Shown here piece after piece: positions 56,513 to 64,000 of a stretch of DNA of 64,000 nucleotides. The position numbers and the translations under genes were made by a program. Position 1 is the stretch's first letter. Each line of letters starts with the position of its first letter. The stretch is from an uncultured Bdellovibrionales bacterium (lineage in GTDB: Bacteria; Patescibacteriota; Minisyncoccia; Moranbacterales; UBA1568): positions 5,632 through 69,631 of the forward strand of contig CAZTBI010000002.1 of the NCBI GenBank assembly GCA_964612055.1, read 5' to 3'. The notes below the pieces were generated by a model. The model made no database searches and was not told the DNA's origin. It saw only the letters and a list, made by a program, of their open reading frames with translations.

Positions 56513-59128
56513 ATGACCCTGAATCAAATCAAACGCCGTGATGGAGAAATCGTTCCTTTCGATCGAGCCCGTATTGAAGTTGCCATCACGGCTGCTTGTG
56601 ATGCGATCGGTGAAACCGAAAAGGACTTTATTACAAAAATGACTGATGATGTTGTCGCTGATCTCATCGCTTCTTGTGACAGTGGCGCGAACAGTCATGT
56701 TCCTTCTGTTGAAAAGATTCAGGACCTCGTAGAGAAACACCTCATGAAGGAGGGGAAGTATGAGATCGCCAAAGCCTACATCCTCTACCGTGAAAAGCAG
56801 CAGGAAAAACGCGATGAGAAAAAGGAGAAGTTAGTGGAACAATTCGAACAACACTCGCTCACCGTGACGAAGGCGAACGGATCGAAGGAGCTCTTCGATA
56901 TGAAAAAGATCAAAGCAGTTTTTGATCGCGCTGCTGTTGGCTACGAAAAGGATTGCACGTATGAAGCAATGATTGAGGCCTTCAAGAAAAATATTGTCGA
57001 TGAGATCAAGACCTCTGATATTAGCAAGCTCCTCATCAAGACTTGCGTTGACTTGGTCACCGTAGAAAATATTTTCTGGCAAAATATTGCGGCTCGTATT
57101 CTCTTGGGAGACATCTACAAACAAGCTATTAAAAATCGTGGTCTGGAACAGAAAGATATCTATTCTCCAGAAGCGTACCAGAAACACTTCGATGACTATA
57201 TCGAACGTGGCTTGTACTACAAGGATTTCTATCAGTACTACTCCAAAGAAGATATCCTCGAAGCAGGTCGTCATCTCTCCAAAGATACTGATACCAATTA
57301 TGAGTACACTACCGTGGTCTCATTCATCAAGCGCTATCTCTTGAATCCCAACAAGATCACGCGTGAATTGCCACAGGAGATGTATATGTCGGTAGCCCTC
57401 TTTTTGGCTATCCCTGAACCAGCCGAGAATCGCCTCAAATTCGCCCTTCAGGTCTACAAACACTGTTCCGAACAACGTATCTCGCTGCCGACCCCAACAC
57501 TCTTAAACGCCCGTACCAACTATCACCAACTTTCAAGCTGCTTCAAAATCAATATCAATGATGACCTGCGCGCCATCTACCATGCCATCGAAAACATGGC
57601 TCAAATCTCGAAGTTCGGTGGTGGTGTCGGAGTCTATCTCGGCAATATCCGTTCCCGTGGTAGCTCTATTCGTGGTGTAAAGGGCATGTCAGGCGGTGTC
57701 AATCCATGGGTCAAAGTGATCAACGATACGGCTGTAGCCGTCAACCAACTCGGTTCTCGTCTCGGCGCTATTTCAGTCACGCTCGATATCTGGCACCTCG
57801 ATATTCATGACTTCCTCGATCTTCAAACTGAGACCGGTGACATAAGGGCCAAGGCTTTCGATATCTTCCCGGCCGTTTCTATTCCGGACCTTTTCATGAA
57901 GCGTTTGCAGGATGATGCCAACATCACCCTCTTTGATCCTCATGAGATCGAAGAGCTCTATGGGAAGCGTTTGCAGGATAGTTTCGATAAAGAATTCGAA
58001 ACTTTTTACCTGGCAGCCGAGCAAGATGAACGCATCACCATGAAGAAGTCCATCAAAGCCAAAGAACTCTTCAAAAAGTTCTTGAAATCGACCGTGGAAA
58101 CAGGGATGCCGTACGTCTTCTTCCGTGATACCGTCAATCGCTTGAACCCAAACAAACACGTCGGCAACATCTACTCTACCCAGCTCTGTACCGAAATCTG
58201 TCAGAATACTTCAGACACCAAGTTCATCGAAGAAACTATCGAAGACGGCAAGATTATCATCCGTTACGAACCTGGGGATTTGGTAGTCTGTAACCTCGCC
58301 TCAATCAACATCGCTACTGTTTTTGAGGAAGCAACCATCGCTGACGTCTTCCCAGTTGTCATGCGTGTCTTGGATAACGTGGTGACGCTCAACTACTACC
58401 CAATCAAAGAGGCTGAGCGTACGTCCAAGCGTTACCGGAGCGTGGGCTTAGGCTATCTCGGTCTCGCCGAATACCTCGCCACTCACAAACTCGCCTACGA
58501 CAGCGAAGCCGCGCGCAAAGAAGTCGACCGTCTCTTCGAACGCTATACCTACTACACCTACCGTGCTTCCATCGATCTCGCCAAAGAACGTGGTACCTAC
58601 GATCTCTATCCTGGCAGCGAATATTCCAAAGGCATCCTTCTCGGACGTGAAAGTGAATGGTTTGAGAAAAATACACCACACGCCGCTGACTGGAAGCAAC
58701 TCTTCGCCGATATGCAGACCGATGGCGTCCGCTTCGCCTACCACACCGCTCCCGCTCCTAATACCTCGACCGCTGGTGTCGTCGGTACCACTGCTGCGCT
58801 CCTGCCAATCTACAAGAAGTTCTTTGTTGAGACCAACCTTTCGGCCCCAACGCTCCGCGTCGCTCCAAAACTCTCCAAAGAAAACTTCTGGTATTACAAG
58901 GAGTACATCAACATGAACATGAATGACGTCATCGATATGATGGCCGTCATCTACCCCTGGATTGACCAGTCAGTCTCGTTTGAATGGATGATTGATCCGT
59001 CCCGAGTCAGTCCCGCTCAACTCTACGGTTACTACGTCAAGGCCTGGGAGCAAGGGATCAAGACTGTCTACTATGTACGCAGTCTCTCAGCCGAAGTGAA
59101 AGATGACTGTGTCAGCTGTAGCGGTTAG
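56513..59128 (+). CDS. nrdA: Class I ribonucleotide reductase alpha subunit with two ATP-cones
   Basis: IKRRDG..VPFD and TKANG..E.FD cones, PTPTL, QLSSC, TQLCTEI, VCNLAS, KTVYYVRS, C-terminal CVSC. Confidence 0.95.
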   Translation: MTLNQIKRRDGEIVPFDRARIEVAITAACDAIGETEKDFITKMTDDVVADLIASCDSGANSHVPSVEKIQDLVEKHLMKEGKYEIAKAYILYREKQQEKRDEKKEKLVEQFEQHSLTVTKANGSKELFDMKKIKAVFDRAAVGYEKDCTYEAMIEAFKKNIVDEIKTSDISKLLIKTCVDLVTVENIFWQNIAARILLGDIYKQAIKNRGLEQKDIYSPEAYQKHFDDYIERGLYYKDFYQYYSKEDILEAGRHLSKDTDTNYEYTTVVSFIKRYLLNPNKITRELPQEMYMSVALFLAIPEPAENRLKFALQVYKHCSEQRISLPTPTLLNARTNYHQLSSCFKININDDLRAIYHAIENMAQISKFGGGVGVYLGNIRSRGSSIRGVKGMSGGVNPWVKVINDTAVAVNQLGSRLGAISVTLDIWHLDIHDFLDLQTETGDIRAKAFDIFPAVSIPDLFMKRLQDDANITLFDPHEIEELYGKRLQDSFDKEFETFYLAAEQDERITMKKSIKAKELFKKFLKSTVETGMPYVFFRDTVNRLNPNKHVGNIYSTQLCTEICQNTSDTKFIEETIEDGKIIIRYEPGDLVVCNLASINIATVFEEATIADVFPVVMRVLDNVVTLNYYPIKEAERTSKRYRSVGLGYLGLAEYLATHKLAYDSEAARKEVDRLFERYTYYTYRASIDLAKERGTYDLYPGSEYSKGILLGRESEWFEKNTPHAADWKQLFADMQTDGVRFAYHTAPAPNTSTAGVVGTTAALLPIYKKFFVETNLSAPTLRVAPKLSKENFWYYKEYINMNMNDVIDMMAVIYPWIDQSVSFEWMIDPSRVSPAQLYGYYVKAWEQGIKTVYYVRSLSAEVKDDCVSCSG

Positions 59129-59178
59129 AAAAAGCTGGGAACAGGTGGATAGGATATATAACAAAAAGGACAAGATCT

Positions 59179-60222
59179 ATGACCGAAGAAATGAAGCGCA
59201 ATCTCATGTTCAACCCGAAAGGGGATGATGCCGTTGCGGTACGTACCATCATCAAAGGCGCTACCACCGGGTTATTCAACTTAAACGCTACCAAATACCC
59301 TTGGGCCAAGTCACTCTACCAGGTAATGGTGGGGAACTTCTGGGTACCAGAAAAAGTCTCAGGGCTCAAGGATGACGCTCGCATGTTTCACGCTGACCTG
59401 AGCCCAGATGAACAAAAGGCCTACAAGGGCATCTTGTCCTTCTTGATCTTCCTCGACTCTATCCAAACGGTCAATTTACCGCACTTTGCTGATTACATCA
59501 CCTCTCCTGAGGTCAATCTCATCCTGGCAATTCAGGCCTATCAAGAAGCTATTCACTCACAATCCTACGCTACTATCCTCGAATCCGTAGTGGAAAGTGA
59601 GGAACGCGACGAGATCTATTACTTTTGGCGCACTGATGAGACACTCCTCAAACGCAACAAGTATATTGGTCAAATCTACCAGGATTTCACGGATAATCCT
59701 TCTGATAAGACCTTTTTCCGCGGTATTGTGGCCAATTTCCTCCTCGAATCCATCTACTTCTACAATGGTTTCGCCTTCTTCGATACCTTGGTAGACCACA
59801 TGAAGATGCTCGCTACCGGCCGCATGATCGCTTATATCCGCCGCGATGAACTGACTCATGTCACTATCTTTGCCAATATCATCCGAGAAATTAAGCGTGA
59901 ATTCCCGGAAATCTACGACGAAGCCCTGATCAAAGAAATGATGGCGGAGGCAGTGCGACAGGAAGTCGAATGGGGCAAGCATATCCTAGGTAACAAAATT
60001 CCTGGCATTAGCGGCGAAGCGACCGAAAGCTACACCAAATGGCTCGCCAATAACCGGCTTGCTATGCTCAATATCGACCCGCTCTATCCAGAGGCTGTCA
60101 CCAACCCGTACAAACACCTCGATCGCCTCCAAGACACCAATAGCGACAAAGGAAACTTCTTTGAGACAACCGTCGTAAACTACACGCAGTCAACCAGCAT
60201 GAAGGGCAGTTGGGACTTCTAA
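59179..60222 (+). CDS. nrdB: Class I ribonucleotide reductase beta subunit
   Basis: FWVPE, LDSIQ, EAIHSQSY (radical Tyr present), ESIYFY, DELTH, NFFE...NY. Confidence 0.95.
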   Translation: MTEEMKRNLMFNPKGDDAVAVRTIIKGATTGLFNLNATKYPWAKSLYQVMVGNFWVPEKVSGLKDDARMFHADLSPDEQKAYKGILSFLIFLDSIQTVNLPHFADYITSPEVNLILAIQAYQEAIHSQSYATILESVVESEERDEIYYFWRTDETLLKRNKYIGQIYQDFTDNPSDKTFFRGIVANFLLESIYFYNGFAFFDTLVDHMKMLATGRMIAYIRRDELTHVTIFANIIREIKREFPEIYDEALIKEMMAEAVRQEVEWGKHILGNKIPGISGEATESYTKWLANNRLAMLNIDPLYPEAVTNPYKHLDRLQDTNSDKGNFFETTVVNYTQSTSMKGSWDF

Positions 60223-60331
60223 CCCACACTCTTTATTTGGAAATAGAAAAAAAAGATATCCCGGATCAGTCCGGGATTTTTTCTGAAAAAATGTGCTATA
60301 CTAGCGGGGTAGTATAGCTTCTTTTTTTACT

Positions 60332-61282
60332 ATGAAAAAAAATATAAAAGCCTTCTTAGTAGTTTTAGGTCTTCTCTCGATGAGCTTCGCCTTTACTCCA
60401 GAAACCAGAGCTCAAGCTCCTCAGGCTGGACTTCAGTATCAACTCTTGGAAAAAATTCCTTTCACGAACGACGTTAGCGGCAGTGATCTCCCGAGCTACG
60501 TCAGCGCGCTCTATAAAGTAGCCCTCATTGTTGTCACGCTCTCAGCCGTCCTCATGCTCTCTATTGGTGGTTTCATGTACCTAACCAGTGCTGGCAACAC
60601 CGCTTCCATGGGGAATGCCAAGGGCATTATTTATGACTCTCTCATCGGTCTCGTTATTGCTCTTGCTGCCTGGCTTATCCTCTATATCATCAACCCTGAT
60701 CTGGTCAAAATAAGTTTGAAGGTTCTCCCTCCCGTGACGCCCTTAACCGGTCAAGCAGGGACTCCAGAGGGTCTCGGCACACTCCCTCCTGAAAGCACAG
60801 TCGAACTCGCCAAACAAATCCTTGCCAGTGGAAATATCAACCTGGCTTCTTCTGGAAGCTGCAAAAGCCCAAGCGGCACAGTTTCTCCGAGAAAAAATAT
60901 TGAGGATGTGGCCGCCGGAAAAAGGATGGCTGCTTGTTATGCTGGCCCGAGATGCGTCGCTGAAGGGGAAAGAGGCTGCGCAGATGATGCCGTACGCCCA
61001 AGCGAGACCATGCTCAAAGCTATTTGGACTGTCGGCCAGAGCCAGCGATTCACCATCACCAGTATGAGCGGCGGACCACACGGCGCGAATTCCGCTCACT
61101 ACAAAGGCCAGGCCATCGATATCTCTCCCGCTACTCAAGCGCTGATGGATGCCTTCACCAAGGAAGGAGCGGCGGCACCGAATGGCCAAAGTGCCTCTAT
61201 GTGCGAAAATGAAAATGGCAAGAATGTTGGTTGCGCCCAAGGCAGCGGAGCTGACCATATCCACCTCGTTTTCCCGAATTAG
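60332..61282 (+). CDS. VirB2/TrbC-like (CPR-type) pilin fused to a peptidase M15-like domain
   Basis: Signal, then LAV-like TM, GGFMYLTSAGN....AK..I..SLIGL.IAL.AWLIL..INPDL; C-terminal SAHYKGQAID...DHIHL Zn-ligand motif. Confidence 0.8.
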   Translation: MKKNIKAFLVVLGLLSMSFAFTPETRAQAPQAGLQYQLLEKIPFTNDVSGSDLPSYVSALYKVALIVVTLSAVLMLSIGGFMYLTSAGNTASMGNAKGIIYDSLIGLVIALAAWLILYIINPDLVKISLKVLPPVTPLTGQAGTPEGLGTLPPESTVELAKQILASGNINLASSGSCKSPSGTVSPRKNIEDVAAGKRMAACYAGPRCVAEGERGCADDAVRPSETMLKAIWTVGQSQRFTITSMSGGPHGANSAHYKGQAIDISPATQALMDAFTKEGAAAPNGQSASMCENENGKNVGCAQGSGADHIHLVFPN

Positions 61283-61310
61283 ACTTTCGTTTCTTCTGAA
61301 CTCTATAGTT

Positions 61311-62447
61311 ATGGCGAAAAAGATTTTTTTCTTTTCTTTGGGTTTTTTTATCCTAGTACTCATCTTTCTCGGTGCCTACAACTTTGCTTTTAAGAATAAC
61401 GTTAACGATCCCGTCGCCGACCCAACCAAGAAAGAGTTTGGGAAAGAAGAGGAAGTCGTCGCTTCACCAGAGAGTATTACCAATCCTATCAATGAGGCTG
61501 TCTTAGGAGCGACAGCGGGAGAGGATGAGGCGCTTTACTATTACTCTCTCGATGACCAGTCACTGAAGAAAGCCACACTTGAGGGAAGAAACAAGACCGT
61601 CCTCATGAGTAACCTCCCTGGGACTGCCAGCCGCGTCCTCTGGTCACCCAAGAAAGACAAGGTTCTCCTGCTCTTGAAACAATCGGGTACTGGCGGCACA
61701 CTCTGGTATAGTGCCAATGTCACCACCAAATCACTCACCCCGCTCAAAGCCGAGATGTCACGCCTCACCTGGGATAATCTGGGGGAAAAACTTTTCTATC
61801 AATATACTGATCCGACTTCCGGAAAACGTTCCTTAAATATTGCTAACACTGATGGTAGCGCTTGGAAAAAGTTAGCTGATCTCGGAACGAAAGATTCTTT
61901 TCTCGCTTCTGTTCCACAAAGTAGTCTGGTATCGTTTTGGGCACGACCTCTGGCCAGAGAAAAATCACCCCTTGAGACTGTGAACACTGTAGGCGAGAGT
62001 CGTCGCACCCTCTCGGGAGACTTTTTTGGCAGTGATTACTCCTGGGCACCCAATGGCGAAAATATCGTCATAAGTGGCAGCAATACGAGCGACGGCAGCC
62101 CTTCGCTCCGTGTTCTCCCAAGCACCGGAGGAAAAGCGAGTGACCTCTCAATCCCAACACTTATTTCAAAAACAACCTGGTCCAAAGACGGGCGCACTCT
62201 CTACTACGCACTTCCAGGTGCTCTGCCAGAAGGATCCATTCTCCCCGATGACTACTTCGGAAAACCTCTCTACACCAAGGACACTTTTTGGAAGGTAGAT
62301 GTCGTCACTGGTAAAAAAACACGCCTCATTGAATTGAAAGAAAACACCCAGGCTCTCGATAGTAGCGACCTCTTCCTTTCACCAAAAGAAGATTTCCTCT
62401 ACTTTACTGACCGTGTCAGTAAACGCCTCTACAGCATAGAACTCTAA
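61311..62447 (+). CDS. Membrane-anchored TolB-like beta-propeller protein
   Basis: N-terminal TM; repeated WSP/WDN/WAP/WSKDG blade motifs. Confidence 0.75.
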   Translation: MAKKIFFFSLGFFILVLIFLGAYNFAFKNNVNDPVADPTKKEFGKEEEVVASPESITNPINEAVLGATAGEDEALYYYSLDDQSLKKATLEGRNKTVLMSNLPGTASRVLWSPKKDKVLLLLKQSGTGGTLWYSANVTTKSLTPLKAEMSRLTWDNLGEKLFYQYTDPTSGKRSLNIANTDGSAWKKLADLGTKDSFLASVPQSSLVSFWARPLAREKSPLETVNTVGESRRTLSGDFFGSDYSWAPNGENIVISGSNTSDGSPSLRVLPSTGGKASDLSIPTLISKTTWSKDGRTLYYALPGALPEGSILPDDYFGKPLYTKDTFWKVDVVTGKKTRLIELKENTQALDSSDLFLSPKEDFLYFTDRVSKRLYSIEL

Positions 62448-62461
62448 AAAGAAAAAGCTCC

Positions 62462-63733
62462 TCACTCCCCAGATGGGGAGTTTTTCTTTTCCTGACTCTT
62501 GATATTCGAAAAACCAAGCGCGAGAAGTAGCGCAAAACCCAGTGCCAAATCATTCTTGAAATACGGAGTATCCGTCACTCCGTAAACAAGTGTCAGGAGA
62601 AGTAGCGCCAAAGTCAGCGCTGCTGTCAGGCGCTTCACTTCATTTACTTCAGAGACGAGGGATTGAAACGCGAGGTAGCCGAAACGCCCAACCAAAAGAA
62701 GGAAGCCGAAAAAACCCGTGAGACCGGTACTGAGAAGAACCGCGAGATACAGGTTGTGCGGCTCTGGAACAGCCCATTCCAAATAGGGAGGAAAATACTT
62801 CTGATATTCGAGGTACTCCGCCTGAAACCTGCCTGGGCCAATACCGAAGACGAGGTTGTCCTGGAGTATCTTTTCAGCGGCCCGCCAGATCATCACCCGT
62901 GAAGCAAGCGAGGAGCGAGTATCAGAAGAGAATGTGGCCTGCCATTTTTCACTCCCATGCTCAAAGAAAAAGAATGTTCCTATAGAAAAGAGAACGATCA
63001 GAATAAGGGAAAGTGTCTTTTTGGAAAAATGCTGAAAAATGCGGCTCCCGAAAAGAAAAAAGGTTATCGCTCCAAAAAGCGCTCCCCAGACTCCATAGGA
63101 ACGGGTAAAGAAAAGTACCACGAGAACCAAGGCGCTTCCGGAAAAAAGAAGTGCCTGTTGGAAAAAATTCTTTCCACCTTGTTCCTCGGAAAGGAATGAG
63201 AGATAGAGGGCGATGAGCGGAGCAGGAGCCAAGAAAAAAGCCAGGAAGTTCGGAGAAGGATATGGTCCGGAAAGTCGATGATCATAAGTCAACACATCAG
63301 CAAAGAGAAAAAAGAGGGTACCGATAGCAGTGGCAAGAAGCATCAGAAACCAAGCAAAGAAAAAGGCTTCGCGCTTTTCCAAGGTTCTCGTCTCAGAAAA
63401 AATGAGCCACCCGGCCAAGAAAGGAAAGAAAAACCAAGACTTGAGCATCCCCAAGCCCATCAGAGAAAATGGGTTAACAGAAAATGAAAGAATAGCGCCA
63501 AGACAGAACAGGACCACTCCGACAAGAAACGGCGTGTCTCTCAAAAAAAACTTGTCCTGCTTTTCTTTGAGACAAGAAAGTGAAAAAAAGACGAGGGCTA
63601 TAGTAATAGCTATCTCATGAAGATAGAGTGGTAGGCCAAAAGGGAGCACCTTCACCTGGGCAAAGGGTAACAAAAAAACAGCTACGATGAGCAGGAAGGA
63701 TACCAGATTATGCTCGAGGAGAGATGGTTTCAT
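62462..63733 (-). CDS. O-antigen ligase family membrane protein
   Basis: RLSGPYPSPNFLA, TRSYG, SR.MIW, FGIGPG.F, PHNLYL, YFKNDLA. Confidence 0.88.
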   Translation of the reverse strand: MKPSLLEHNLVSFLLIVAVFLLPFAQVKVLPFGLPLYLHEIAITIALVFFSLSCLKEKQDKFFLRDTPFLVGVVLFCLGAILSFSVNPFSLMGLGMLKSWFFFPFLAGWLIFSETRTLEKREAFFFAWFLMLLATAIGTLFFLFADVLTYDHRLSGPYPSPNFLAFFLAPAPLIALYLSFLSEEQGGKNFFQQALLFSGSALVLVVLFFTRSYGVWGALFGAITFFLFGSRIFQHFSKKTLSLILIVLFSIGTFFFFEHGSEKWQATFSSDTRSSLASRVMIWRAAEKILQDNLVFGIGPGRFQAEYLEYQKYFPPYLEWAVPEPHNLYLAVLLSTGLTGFFGFLLLVGRFGYLAFQSLVSEVNEVKRLTAALTLALLLLTLVYGVTDTPYFKNDLALGFALLLALGFSNIKSQEKKNSPSGE

Positions 63734-64000
63734 GTCTGTAGGATACACCAGCTGCTATGAGAAGGAGAAGGGCCGGTAAAACGTGAACGGAAAAAAGTGG
63801 TGTCTCAAAAAAAGCATGCGCCAAGAAGATAACTAGGGCTGTAAGAAGCGAAAGAGCAAGCCAATCATCTTTTTTTATCTTCCACCAAAGAAAAAGTCTA
63901 GCACTAGAAAGTACAAGCATCCCGAGAAAAAAGAAGAGGCCGATGAAACCTACTTCCACCGCAATATCGAGAAAAAGATTATGCGCATAGATAGGCTCCC
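63708..64000 (-). CDS. C-terminal fragment of another O-antigen ligase family protein (5' end outside window)
   Basis: Frame reads EPIYAHNLFLDIAVEVGFIGL...HAFFETPLFS. Confidence 0.8.
   Translation of the reverse strand, partial: EPIYAHNLFLDIAVEVGFIGLFFFLGMLVLSSARLFLWWKIKKDDWLALSLLTALVIFLAHAFFETPLFSVHVLPALLLLIAAGVSYRHETISPRA

Overview
Chromosomal window from what looks like a Patescibacteria (CPR, Parcubacteria-like) genome using standard code 11. The taxonomic call is inference from gene content, the near absence of Shine-Dalgarno motifs and CPR-type T4SS/pilin genes. It carries housekeeping genes (pcrA, rsmA, pnp, rpsO, gyrA, rpsA, gmk, tilS, ftsH, rbfA, rplS, nrdAB), 11 tRNAs, a VirB4/PrgI/VirB6-like secretion cluster with a LysM-CHAP hydrolase, several peptidoglycan-active surface proteins and a small islet of orphan genes between tRNA-Cys and tRNA-Gly. 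Main observations: (1) 14 perfect parS palindromes (TGTTCCACGTGGAACA) inside an open O-antigen-ligase-family ORF, read in all three frames; (2) a ~570-nt promoter-bounded, highly structured noncoding region (22760-23333, minus strand) that I cannot match to a known RNA; (3) short structured elements with shared motifs that duplicate tRNA 3' ends; (4) a pilin fused to an M15-like peptidase domain; (5) most native genes start with T-ATG and no SD, whereas orphan genes carry strong SD motifs. All calls were made by eye, with no database searches.
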